Below are positions 29,515 through 39,255 of a stretch of DNA of 55,265 nucleotides, one piece after another (positions within the stretch are counted from its first letter, which is position 1; the number at the start of each line of letters is the position of its first letter). A program made the translations under genes and the position numbers. The notes below the pieces were generated by a model. It was not told where the DNA came from, made no database searches, and saw nothing but the letters and a program-made list of their open reading frames with translations. The stretch is from Promethearchaeota archaeon Loki_b31. Lineage in GTDB: Archaea; Asgardarchaeota; Lokiarchaeia; Sigyniarchaeales; SOKP01. Where the stretch lies: contig NJBI01000017.1 in assembly GCA_005222975.1 (NCBI GenBank), positions 1 through 55,265 on the forward strand, in the 5' to 3' direction.

Positions 29515-31188
29515 TTGAAATTGGCAGTAGTATATATGAAAAAATTGGAGGAAGAACCGGAGACTTACGATTCGAAGTTTACTTCACTTACAAAAGGAAT
29601 AAATGTTAAAGTTCATAGTTGGGTATTGGATCAAATTCAATCAGATCAATCAATTTTAGAAATAGGGTCTGGGACGGGTTCATTAGCTTCAAAAATGGTT
29701 TCAAAAGGAAATATTGTTGTTGCAATTGATAATAACATTCAAATGATTAATTATGCTAAGCAGAAATACTCAGATACTTTAGAAAAAGGTACGCTATTGT
29801 ATCGATTAGGTTCATTTACGGATTTACCCGTTGAAAAGAGATCGTTAGATTTAATTGTCAGCACATTTCTATTATCAGAACTTCGCCCGTTAGAGCAACA
29901 AATATTTCTTAGAAACGCTTGGAAAGCATTAAAACCAAATAGTCGCTTGATAATAGCAGCAGAGTTTGTTCCATCAGGGTTTTGGAAGGTGGGTTTTAAA
30001 ATAAAAAGGTGGTGGTTCAAAAAAAAACTGCATCGTCTTCGTTTAAAAAGTACCTTTTTAGTTAAATGGTTTTTCAATTACATTGAACTAATAGGTTTTA
30101 AGATCGGAAACCAAAAGAAGTGGAAGCACGGTTCAATTCAAGCAATTGAATTGTTAAAAATTAACGATAACGGAGAAGATGAACCCGATTATTATCGTCC
30201 TAAAACAAAGAAGTTTAAAGGACTTATTTCGCAATTAAGAATTTATCGATGTCTTTTTACCGGACAGATAGATAGAGTTCCAATAGAACCAGGAATATAT
30301 AAATCTGGTAATCCCAATAGCAATTCTCCTATTATCGTAACGGCTAATTACGAGTATACCTACATAAAATTAATGCGCGATTTACAAAGTATTGATGCGT
30401 GGGTTTTATGTTTGGATTCTAATGGAATTAATGTATGGTGCGCTGCTCGAGGAGATGATTTTGGCAATAAACAATTACTAGAAGCCCTTGAAGCAACAGA
30501 TATTCGAGTAGTTTCCGAGAAAAAGACTTTAATTCTTCCCCAACTTTCAGCAGGAGGGGTTGCTATACCTCAATTACCAGAAAAATTTCCTTTCAAAGTA
30601 AAATACGGTCCTATTTGGTCAAAAGATTTAAAGCAATTTTTATCCGAGCGACCAGTCCGAAAACCAGATTCTATGAAACTTGCCAAATTTACTTTGTCTC
30701 ATCGTGTTCGTGCTGGAATCACGCATACTACGTTTTTATTCCGAAAAATCTTTTTAATTCCGATAATTGCAATTTTACTTTCGTTTATCATCTTGAATAA
30801 TATCGCTATCATATGGTGGCTTGGAGAATTAGTAATATGGATCATTCTCTCAAATGTAATAATATCAATCTTCTTTCCACTCTCTAAATTTACTCGCAAA
30901 TTTATTGTTAAAGCTGTATTTTTTGGATGTTTTAGCATATTTTTTATAGGGGCAATTTCTTGGATATTTCATAGTTCATATCTGTATTTACTCCTGAACT
31001 TTACAATATATTTCTGGATAACATTCTTTTCCACGATGTCTTTTAGCGGATACACGATGTCAACCAGTCCGAAAGAAATTCAAGCAGAATATCCTGTTTT
31101 TAGAAAAATAAATCTTACTCTAATAATTTTAGTCGTAATTCAATTAGGAATAAATATAATATTTTTTATGTTAAATATAATAAATTAA
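29515..31188 (+). CDS. hgcA: Class I SAM methyltransferase fused to HgcA-like corrinoid protein with TM domain
   Basis: LEIGSGTG SAM motif; EPGIY..GNP...SPIIVTANY, DSNGINVWCAARG cap helix, LILPQL, YGP, C-terminal TMs with FSGYT..TS. Confidence 0.8.
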   Translation: MKLAVVYMKKLEEEPETYDSKFTSLTKGINVKVHSWVLDQIQSDQSILEIGSGTGSLASKMVSKGNIVVAIDNNIQMINYAKQKYSDTLEKGTLLYRLGSFTDLPVEKRSLDLIVSTFLLSELRPLEQQIFLRNAWKALKPNSRLIIAAEFVPSGFWKVGFKIKRWWFKKKLHRLRLKSTFLVKWFFNYIELIGFKIGNQKKWKHGSIQAIELLKINDNGEDEPDYYRPKTKKFKGLISQLRIYRCLFTGQIDRVPIEPGIYKSGNPNSNSPIIVTANYEYTYIKLMRDLQSIDAWVLCLDSNGINVWCAARGDDFGNKQLLEALEATDIRVVSEKKTLILPQLSAGGVAIPQLPEKFPFKVKYGPIWSKDLKQFLSERPVRKPDSMKLAKFTLSHRVRAGITHTTFLFRKIFLIPIIAILLSFIILNNIAIIWWLGELVIWIILSNVIISIFFPLSKFTRKFIVKAVFFGCFSIFFIGAISWIFHSSYLYLLLNFTIYFWITFFSTMSFSGYTMSTSPKEIQAEYPVFRKINLTLIILVVIQLGINIIFFMLNIIN

Positions 31189-31218
31189 AAAAAAATTCAT
31201 AAATCTGATGAAAATAAA

Positions 31219-31548
31219 ATGACAGAATCAAATCAAAATTCATGTTGTAGTGATGGTACTGATGTGGTACAAAATATCTTAAATGTTCTTGATATTAAAA
31301 TTCTTATTAACGAACCATTATGTACTGGTTGTGGGCTATGTGGCGAAATATGCCCTATTGGTTTACCTAAACCAATTGATAATGGAATTTATGAAATAAA
31401 AAATCCAGAACTTTGTACTGAATGTAGTGCTTGTCAAAGAAACTGTCCTACTAGTGCTATTATTATGCGAGAGCATGTAGGATGCGGATGTTTGTGGGAC
31501 GCGCGACAACGAGTAAAAAGCAAAGGAAACAGTTGTAATTGCTCATAA
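31219..31548 (+). CDS. hgcB: HgcB-like 2[4Fe-4S] ferredoxin
   Basis: CTGCGLCGEICP and CTECSACQRNCP, followed by VGCGC and a Cys-rich tail; directly downstream of the hgcA-like gene. Confidence 0.75.
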   Translation: MTESNQNSCCSDGTDVVQNILNVLDIKILINEPLCTGCGLCGEICPIGLPKPIDNGIYEIKNPELCTECSACQRNCPTSAIIMREHVGCGCLWDARQRVKSKGNSCNCS

Positions 31549-31579
31549 AAACAAATCTAAAGTTCAAATTAGATTAAAT

Positions 31580-31870
31580 TTGATGAGAACTATGACGCAA
31601 CAACACGATAATAAATTAAAAGTAGATATTTACGTTCCTTTAGACGCATGTGCGTGTGTATGGGACGATTTTATTAATCGGATGTTTGAAGTGCTTAATC
31701 CCTATATAAAAAATATTGACTATAATACAAAAAACTTGAACTCCGAAGAAGCTCGCAAATTAAGACTACACGGGAATTGCGTCGTTATTGACGGAAAAAA
31801 GAAATTTAATGCTTCCTATTTACTTAAAAAAGAATTGCCAAATTTACTTAAGGAAAAAAATTTAATGTAG
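31580..31870 (+). CDS. Small thioredoxin-fold-like protein (CAC motif)
   Basis: VDIYVP...CAC ... CVVIDGK pattern. Confidence 0.5.
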   Translation: MMRTMTQQHDNKLKVDIYVPLDACACVWDDFINRMFEVLNPYIKNIDYNTKNLNSEEARKLRLHGNCVVIDGKKKFNASYLLKKELPNLLKEKNLM

Positions 31871-31893
31871 ATATTTATTTTGAAATAAATTTT

Positions 31894-32379
31894 GTGGAGG
31901 TTAAAAAAATTAAAAAAATCAATTTTGAAATAAGCATACCAACTAAGGGACTACAACAAGGAAAAAAGTACACCGTTTATGTTAAAGATAACGCTTCATT
32001 TATCGAAGCCTTAGCGATGGTTGATAAAATAGAGATGGAAACTCCTAAAGAATCTATATTCCCTATAAATGAGGGGTACATTCACAATTATCTACAACTG
32101 TTTGTAAATTTCGAAGAGAATTCTATATATGATGATGTAGGAATTTATGCTTATGGTCCTGATGAAAATGGAATTATGCGTAGATTTAACCCAATTCAAG
32201 AAAACATAGAATTTAACTTGTATGAAAATAGTGTAATCCAACTACAACCAGATGTTGGGTGTTGATGAGAAAAAGTGAAAAATAGACTTGATATCGGAAA
32301 TTTTAAGACATTTATTCGTAAAAAATACGGAAAAAATAACGAGTATTTCGCCCATTACTTTAAGAAATACGAATCTTAA
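31894..32379 (+). CDS. Hypothetical beta-grasp-like protein; candidate selenoprotein (ends at 32265 without readthrough, 32379 if both UGAs are decoded)
   Basis: ...QLQPDVGC-TGA-TGA, then 36 open codons to TAA 32377-79, immediately followed by a SECIS-like hairpin. Confidence 0.55.
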
Positions 32380-32432
32380 TTTCTTGGATGAAGTCTTTCA
32401 ATAAATGGTAGTGAAAGATGGACAATAGGAAT
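32379..32432 (+). promoter_or_regulatory. Eukaryote/Loki-type SECIS element candidate
   Basis: Helix I AUUUCU/AGGAAU, core A-UGAA/GGAC (tandem G.A), helix II GUCUUUCA/UGAAAGAU, apical loop region AUAAAUGGUAG containing AA. Confidence 0.65.
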
Positions 32433-32501
32433 GCCTCCTAATATTCTACAATAAAAACATGAAATTTATCAATAAGAACGTGAAAATAAGCTAAATTAAG
32501 A

Positions 32502-32957
32502 GTGAAGAAGGGAGATGATGTAAGTTTGAATAAAACTAAATTAATTGTTCTTTGTACGGGAAATTCAGCACGCAGTCAAATGGCAGAAGCTTTTTTAAGG
32601 AGATATGCGAGCAAGCGTTTTGACATCTATAGTGCGGGATTTGTGCCTAAAGGAGTTAACCCTTACACAATTAAAGTTATGGAGGAAATTGGCTATGATA
32701 TGAGTAGCCATTACTCAAAATCGTTAAATCAATATTTAGATAAAATACATTTTAAAATTGTAATCACAGTCTGTCAAAAAGCTGAAGAAATGTGCCCTAT
32801 CATTCCCGGTGTGGAAATTAAATTATATTGGCCTTTTGAAGACCCGGCTTCGATTGAGGGCACAGAGAAAGAAAAACTTATCAAATTCAGAGAAATTAGA
32901 GATAAAATGCGTAAACATGTTAAATCATGGTTAAAAGAAAGAGGAATTGTAAATTAA
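32502..32957 (+). CDS. arsC: Arsenate reductase, LMW-PTP type
   Basis: CTGNSARSQMAEA, ITVC, CP, WPFEDP, FREIRD. Confidence 0.9.
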   Translation: MKKGDDVSLNKTKLIVLCTGNSARSQMAEAFLRRYASKRFDIYSAGFVPKGVNPYTIKVMEEIGYDMSSHYSKSLNQYLDKIHFKIVITVCQKAEEMCPIIPGVEIKLYWPFEDPASIEGTEKEKLIKFREIRDKMRKHVKSWLKERGIVN

Positions 32958-33014
32958 TAATTTTTAAAATATGAAATTTAAAAAACTGATTTTAATTTTA
33001 TAACTTGATATTAA

Positions 33015-33971
33015 ATGGATTTCTTCTCTCATTTTTTAATTGGAATATTAATTAGCATTTTCACTCTGAATAAATTGAGTTTTAGTATTGTCTTATATGC
33101 TGGTGTGATGTCTGTTTTAGCTGACTTCGACATCATTTTAGAACCATTACAATTAATAAAAAAATCAAATCTTTTAGCACATAAAGGGATTTCACATTCT
33201 TTTTTCTACGCGGCAATTGTTACCGCGATTACAGGAAGTATATTTTCAATAATTACAGGAGAACAGTTCTTTCTAGCATGGCTAATCGGATTTTTATTTT
33301 ATAGTATGCACAATATACTCGATTTTCTTACAACCTCCAAGATTCCGCTATTTTACCCACTTTCAAAAAAAAGATATCGATTTTTTATCGATAGGGCAAT
33401 AAATATTTTCTTAGCAACAATATCTGGAAGTATTATATTATTTTACTTCACTATTTTCTTCCTCTGGCCAGAGTTATATTTTTCAAACTTGGTAAATTAT
33501 TTTTTAGGTTTTTATGTCGTGTATTTTACTTATCGAATTTTAACCAAAATATGGGTCCAATTCAGATTACCTAAAAATATGCAATACATTCCAGGTATTT
33601 TTCCTTTCACTTATTTAGTTTACGAAAATAAGAAATCAGAGGAAAATATATCATTCAAACTGATTAAAAAATTCCAATTTCGTTCGAAGAATTCTAAATT
33701 AATAGAATCTGAAATAAAAATGTTCTCTAATGAAATGAAATTGTTTGAAAAAGCAGTTTTGGTGAGCAAGAAATATTCTTTTTTTTCCAAATGGGAATTT
33801 ATTATACCGGTTATCAAGAAAGACGAAAAAAACGTCATTGTGATATTATTTTTAGCTGAAAGTTTCACATCAGGTCGTGTGTACTCTCTTAAAGTTGTAT
33901 TTGATTTAGCTAAAAATAAACTAGTTAACGAGGTCGAAAGTTTCAACTATAGAATAAAATCTAACAGCTAG
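33015..33971 (+). CDS. YdjM-like membrane-bound metal-dependent hydrolase
   Basis: MDFFSH, ADFD, HKGISHS, HNILD, LFYP. Confidence 0.75.
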   Translation: MDFFSHFLIGILISIFTLNKLSFSIVLYAGVMSVLADFDIILEPLQLIKKSNLLAHKGISHSFFYAAIVTAITGSIFSIITGEQFFLAWLIGFLFYSMHNILDFLTTSKIPLFYPLSKKRYRFFIDRAINIFLATISGSIILFYFTIFFLWPELYFSNLVNYFLGFYVVYFTYRILTKIWVQFRLPKNMQYIPGIFPFTYLVYENKKSEENISFKLIKKFQFRSKNSKLIESEIKMFSNEMKLFEKAVLVSKKYSFFSKWEFIIPVIKKDEKNVIVILFLAESFTSGRVYSLKVVFDLAKNKLVNEVESFNYRIKSNS

Positions 33972-34074
33972 TTATACGGAATAAGACTTACATTTTAGCA
34001 CGATGGCTTCAATTCGATATAAATTAACTAAATTATTCATATTATTAAATTAAAAAAAAAAAGTTAAGATTTTT

Positions 34075-35595
34075 TTAAGTTGGAGGAGTAGGTGGATTCA
34101 ATGCCCAGGTTGGATACTTAACGTTTTGCATACCAACAAGCTCATAAGTATATGGAGCTGATTTACCTAGAATTGTAGCCCAGATACCACTGGGATATAT
34201 TCCAATACCCGGAACTAGCTTTTTAGCTTCATTATGCCATTGTATAGCAAGAGCAGTTCCATAAGGCCAGCCTTCAACGATACAATGCCTTGTTTTATCA
34301 TTTGGTGGAGTGTCTGCATTATCATATGCACCAAAAGCAGACATTCCTTCCACAGGATTAGTAGTCGTCATGGATTCCAAAGTTAACACAATGGTATCGG
34401 AATTTAAGGATTGTGAAGTATTAATTGCCCAAGCATATTGTGAGACCGCATCAAAGCCTCCCACTGCGGTATAAATCGGCATATCGCCCCATTTAGCTAC
34501 ATAATCGTCCCATATGTCTATGGTATAGGATGTTTTATTTGTACGTATAACCGATTCTAATGTAATGCCATACTCACATCTTCCAGCTGTTTGCTCCCAG
34601 TAAGTAGCATCCTGAGACATTACATTTATTCCTATAGGTATCATACCCGGTTCATTATCTCCATAGGAATTGCTAAATATTAATCCTGCTTCACCAGATA
34701 TGATTGGAATAACAATCTGAGTGTTAGCAGCATCAAGCGTAGCCCAGTGGGCATCCATTTCGGTTGGTCCTATATCTTGAGGGATTTCTATATCCACATC
34801 AGTATAATACATAACCATATATGGATTCGCTCCACTTGAATTAGTTAAATAAGCTGTTATTGCCTGAGCAAATCCTTCCGTCCATTCTAAACTCTCTCTT
34901 ACAAAAGAAAATCTTACTACCGGATAGTCATATCCACCATACGCAGCAGGAAGAGAACTTGCAACAATTGAAGAAGTTAATATCAATGCAATCAATTCCT
35001 TTGCCAAATCAGTGCCTTTAATGGGGGTAAGCTGGAAAAAGTATTTGTATTGCTCATAATTGTTAAGTACATCTTCGGTAAACGAATCTGTTGCAGAACC
35101 AATGTTAATGAATGGGATCTTATTATCCATAAAGACATCTCGATAAGCTAACAAAGATTCGGTTCTAAACCCTCCGGCAGCAAATTGCACATTTTTATAG
35201 GATACAAGTCTGTCTGCCGCTGCTTTACCTTTTGTAGTATCTAAAATGGGGTTTGCCTCGTCAGTGTCTTCAGAAGTTATACCAATGTAATACCGTTTCC
35301 CACCGATTAAGATACCTCCGCCAGGATATTGCGATCCTATCGATCCTGTTCCTGTATTAATTTGATATGCAGCGAGCCAAGCTCCATGAACTTGTCCCTC
35401 TCCATGTATACGTTTCGTATCTCCCGCTATACCAATTTTTATTATTTGGTCTTCAGTTATGCCAGCAGGTGCACCAGGACAATCCGTAGCACTCCAGCCA
35501 TAAGGTGCTACGAAAAACCATACAGTAACCCCAACTCCAACTCCGATAATTGCAATTATGACGATGGCTAAAATTCTTTTTGTTAATTTTTCCAT
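34075..35595 (-). CDS. livK: Liv-type ABC substrate-binding protein, membrane-anchored
   Basis: N-terminal TM, IKIGIAG, LAAYQIN..GG, GGFRTE; divergent from livHMGF. Confidence 0.75.
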   Translation of the reverse strand: MEKLTKRILAIVIIAIIGVGVGVTVWFFVAPYGWSATDCPGAPAGITEDQIIKIGIAGDTKRIHGEGQVHGAWLAAYQINTGTGSIGSQYPGGGILIGGKRYYIGITSEDTDEANPILDTTKGKAAADRLVSYKNVQFAAGGFRTESLLAYRDVFMDNKIPFINIGSATDSFTEDVLNNYEQYKYFFQLTPIKGTDLAKELIALILTSSIVASSLPAAYGGYDYPVVRFSFVRESLEWTEGFAQAITAYLTNSSGANPYMVMYYTDVDIEIPQDIGPTEMDAHWATLDAANTQIVIPIISGEAGLIFSNSYGDNEPGMIPIGINVMSQDATYWEQTAGRCEYGITLESVIRTNKTSYTIDIWDDYVAKWGDMPIYTAVGGFDAVSQYAWAINTSQSLNSDTIVLTLESMTTTNPVEGMSAFGAYDNADTPPNDKTRHCIVEGWPYGTALAIQWHNEAKKLVPGIGIYPSGIWATILGKSAPYTYELVGMQNVKYPTWALNPPTPPT

Positions 35596-35836
35596 TTTGT
35601 TTTATCACTTTTTTATATTTAAATTTGAATATATTTTAGACAAACTAATATATAAAGATTTACATTATTACGAAAATTAGTTAAAAATCAAATTAATTCC
35701 ACCTTAATTGGAATTGGCAGAAAGTAACCTTTTTATAGAATGTAATCTAAATACATTTTAATATTGAAAGATTTTTAAGTAAGACCAATTTGCTCGGATC
35801 TTATTGTTTTGATAAAACTGATAAGGTATAATTGAA

Positions 35837-36706
35837 TTGATTGTAGAATTTTTAATATACGGTCTTGTCCAAAGCTCTATATATGGTTTACTAGCTATCG
35901 GTTATTCGTTAGTTTATGGAGTAGGAAGAATTTTGAATTTAGCTCATGGAGCGTTTTATCTGTTATCCGCTTATATCTTTTACTTTACTTGGTCAAGTTT
36001 AATAACTGTTCCGGGTGATTTTGGATTTTTATTTGGGATGTTCATAACATTGATCTTAATTGTAATTATCGGAATGTTATTGTATCTACTATTAATTAAA
36101 CCGCTGCAGGATAATGAAGTAGGTGTTATGATTGGTACGTTCGCCTTTGGTTTTTTTGCCGAACAATTGGTTAATGTATATGAACCCCGGACACAATCGA
36201 TTTCTTCAATCTGGAACGAAAATTTTGTTATTCTGGGTGTTCAAGTTCAATTACATCAAATAATCGTAATAGTTGCTTCACTTCTAATAATTTTCATCTT
36301 GATGACCTTTATAAATAAAACACGATTGGGAAAATCTATCAGAGCCGTCTCTCAGGATCGAGAGGCTGCTAGTTTAATGGGTATAAATGTTAATAGAGTA
36401 GTGATGTATACTTTAATGATCTCAGCTTTTTTAGCTGGTTTAGCAGCAGTTTTTTATGTACCACTCGATAGGGTTGCCCCTTATCTTGGTTGGATGGTAT
36501 TGACTGATTCTATAGCAATAGTCATTCTTGGTGGTATGGGTAGCCTAAAAGGAAGTTTAATTGGAGCGTTCATTTTGGGTTATGTTAGAATTTACACAGC
36601 GTATTTTATCCATCCCCTCATATCATCCCTCATGCCTATAATTGTGTTGATATTCATTTTATTATTAAGACCAAGAGGTCTGTTCGGTAAAAAAGAAATT
36701 GATTAA
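35837..36706 (+). CDS. livH: Liv ABC permease
   Basis: LNLAHG, TRLGKSIRAVSQDREAASLMGIN, LGGMGS, RPRGLFG. Confidence 0.9.
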   Translation: MIVEFLIYGLVQSSIYGLLAIGYSLVYGVGRILNLAHGAFYLLSAYIFYFTWSSLITVPGDFGFLFGMFITLILIVIIGMLLYLLLIKPLQDNEVGVMIGTFAFGFFAEQLVNVYEPRTQSISSIWNENFVILGVQVQLHQIIVIVASLLIIFILMTFINKTRLGKSIRAVSQDREAASLMGINVNRVVMYTLMISAFLAGLAAVFYVPLDRVAPYLGWMVLTDSIAIVILGGMGSLKGSLIGAFILGYVRIYTAYFIHPLISSLMPIIVLIFILLLRPRGLFGKKEID

Positions 36707-36756
36707 CAATTCATTAAAATATCAAATATAAATATAACTAAAAGAGTGAGTTATGA

Positions 36757-37764
36757 ATGCCAAATAAAACTCAAAGGTTTCGAGAAAAAGTGCTTGGATT
36801 TCCAAACTACTTTAAACATTGGATTAGAGACTTTAAAGGAAGTCTCACGGTATTATGTATTCTTGGTTTGCTTTCTTTCCCTTTACTAACGACTAACTCG
36901 TACTTTTTAGGAATATTCATACTTGCCATGATTTATTCAATTTATGCCGCAAGTTGGGATTTACTTACTGGATTTACGGGTAAAGTAAGTTTCGGGCATG
37001 CCATTTTCTTAGGGATCGCGGGATATGTAACCGCCGAATTACTTAAGTTTTATAATTTCCATTGGTTAAGTGCATTGTTTTTTGGTGTTCTTGCCGCAGG
37101 ATTGATCGGTCTTGGACTTGGTTATATTACCTTAAGATTAAAGGGACCTTACCTTGCTCTAGGTACTCTGGTTATAGGGATAATATGTCAAAATATATTT
37201 GCATTAAATCCTTTAAAACCTATTTTACATGGGGATGAAGGAATATCAGGTCTTCCTGCACTGTCTTCTAGTACTGTTGTGATCTATTATATAGTTTTAA
37301 TTTTCATGATTATAACTCTTATAGTTTTAATTCGAATAACAAAACTCAATATTGGTACATTATTTAAATCAATACGAGATGATGAGACCGGATCAGAGGC
37401 AGCAGGAATAAATATAACTAAATATAAAATTATTGCATTTATGATCAGTGGTTTATTTGCAGGTTTGGCGGGTGGATTATTTGCGATGTTTAATAGATCA
37501 GTAAGTCCGTTGATATTTCAACCGTTATACTCTTTTTATGCAATAATCATAGCCGCATTAGGAGGATTGGCTACGATATCTGGTTCTGCACTTGGTGCTT
37601 TCCTTTTCGTATTTTTGACCGCAATTTTTGTAGATTTTGCTGAAATCAGCCTCCTTATTTTTTCAATTATTCTTATAATTATTATTCGATTTGCCTCGGG
37701 GGGAGTGTTAAAACCCGCATTAGAACGATTAAAAGATTTGTGGGACATCTTATTGGGAAGATGA
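36757..37764 (+). CDS. livM: Liv ABC permease
   Basis: GFTGKVSFGHA, LRLKGPYLAL, IRDDE..S.AAGIN. Confidence 0.9.
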   Translation: MPNKTQRFREKVLGFPNYFKHWIRDFKGSLTVLCILGLLSFPLLTTNSYFLGIFILAMIYSIYAASWDLLTGFTGKVSFGHAIFLGIAGYVTAELLKFYNFHWLSALFFGVLAAGLIGLGLGYITLRLKGPYLALGTLVIGIICQNIFALNPLKPILHGDEGISGLPALSSSTVVIYYIVLIFMIITLIVLIRITKLNIGTLFKSIRDDETGSEAAGINITKYKIIAFMISGLFAGLAGGLFAMFNRSVSPLIFQPLYSFYAIIIAALGGLATISGSALGAFLFVFLTAIFVDFAEISLLIFSIILIIIIRFASGGVLKPALERLKDLWDILLGR

Positions 37765-37803
37765 ATTATCTTAAATTAATATATTGAGTGTGAAATAAAA
37801 AAA

Positions 37804-38547
37804 ATGGGAACGATCTTAGAAGTTAAGAATTTAACCAAAAAATATAGTGGTTTAACAGCTGTTAACGATTTTAGTTTTGAAGTAAGACGGGGAGAATTTA
37901 CAGGCTTAATAGGTCCTAATGGCGCTGGAAAAACTACATTATTTAACTTAATTTCAGGATTAGAGAAACCCAATTCGGGGACGGTTAGGTTTGATGGTCG
38001 TGATATAACAGGTATGAAACCATATAAAATAGTAAATTTAGGTATTGCGAGAACATTCCAACTTGTTCGATCATTTCGATTTATGACACTCCTTGATAAT
38101 ATATCAGTCTCTTGCCTTTCACCAAGAGGTAAAAAAGTAGCTAAACAATATGGTATAGACGAATACGCGAGTTCTATTTTAGCTGCAGTTGGTCTTGTTG
38201 ACAAAGCTAGAATACCTCCCATAATATTACCTCATGGCGATTTGAGAAAATTGCAAATAGGAAAAGCGTTAGGCACTAATCCTCAATTACTTCTTTTAGA
38301 CGAGCCATTTAGCGGACTGTCTCGCGAAGAACAAGAGGGTATAACAGATTTGATAATAAAATTGCATGATGATGGAGTAACTGTATTTATGACCGGACAT
38401 GTTTTACGAGAACTAATGCACCTCGTACCTAGAGTAGTTGCTATGCACCAAGGTAAATATATAACCGAAGGCCCTCCACAAGAGGTTGCAAACAACAAAA
38501 TTGTATTAGAAGCGTATTTAGGAAGAGGAAGTGAACACCTTGCTTGA
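37804..38547 (+). CDS. livG: Liv ABC ATPase
   Basis: GPNGAGKTT, GIARTFQ, LLLLDEP, EAYLG. Confidence 0.9.
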   Translation: MGTILEVKNLTKKYSGLTAVNDFSFEVRRGEFTGLIGPNGAGKTTLFNLISGLEKPNSGTVRFDGRDITGMKPYKIVNLGIARTFQLVRSFRFMTLLDNISVSCLSPRGKKVAKQYGIDEYASSILAAVGLVDKARIPPIILPHGDLRKLQIGKALGTNPQLLLLDEPFSGLSREEQEGITDLIIKLHDDGVTVFMTGHVLRELMHLVPRVVAMHQGKYITEGPPQEVANNKIVLEAYLGRGSEHLA

Positions 38548-39244
38548 AATGAGAAAAATATATCATTATTATGGAAAAGCTAGAGCTCTCGAAGAAATCA
38601 ATTTAACGGTAGAAGATAGAGCTCTGGATGCCGTTATCGGTCCTAACGGAGCGGGAAAATCAACTCTTCTAAGAGTTATATCAGGATTAGAAGAACCAGA
38701 TAGAGGGAAAATTGAATTTTTGGGAGAAAGAATTGACGGCTTAAAAGCTCATAAAATCGCCAAAAAAGGAATAGCTCATTGTCCAGAGCGTCGGCGCTTA
38801 TTTTATGATATGAGCGTAATGGAAAACTTGGAACTAGGGGCATATGTTTTAAAGGATAGAAAAAGATTTCACGAGTTATTAGATTTTGTATTTGAAGTTT
38901 TCCCTCGCCTTAAAGAAAGGAAAAAACAAAGAGCAGGAACGTTGAGTGGAGGCGAACAACAGATGCTCGCAATCGGTCGTGCAATTATGGCAAATCCAAA
39001 ATTACTTTTGTTAGATGAACCTTCATTGGGTTTAGCTCCTAAAATAAAGGATAGAATATTTGAAGCAGTAAATAAGATTAAAAAAGAGGGGACTACAACT
39101 TTACTAGTTGAACAAGATGCTGTATTAGCAATGGAAGTTGGTGAAACCATACATCTATTGGAAGAAGGCAAAATAGAAATGAGGGGCACAAAAGAACAGT
39201 TAGAAAAAGAACCTCGAATTAAAAAAGTCTATCTAGGAATATAG
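38531..39244 (+). CDS. livF: Liv ABC ATPase
   Basis: GPNGAGKST, PERRRLF, LSGGEQQMLAI, DEPSLGLAP. Confidence 0.9.
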   Translation: MNTLLEMRKIYHYYGKARALEEINLTVEDRALDAVIGPNGAGKSTLLRVISGLEEPDRGKIEFLGERIDGLKAHKIAKKGIAHCPERRRLFYDMSVMENLELGAYVLKDRKRFHELLDFVFEVFPRLKERKKQRAGTLSGGEQQMLAIGRAIMANPKLLLLDEPSLGLAPKIKDRIFEAVNKIKKEGTTTLLVEQDAVLAMEVGETIHLLEEGKIEMRGTKEQLEKEPRIKKVYLGI

Positions 39245-39255
39245 GGTGATAAAGA

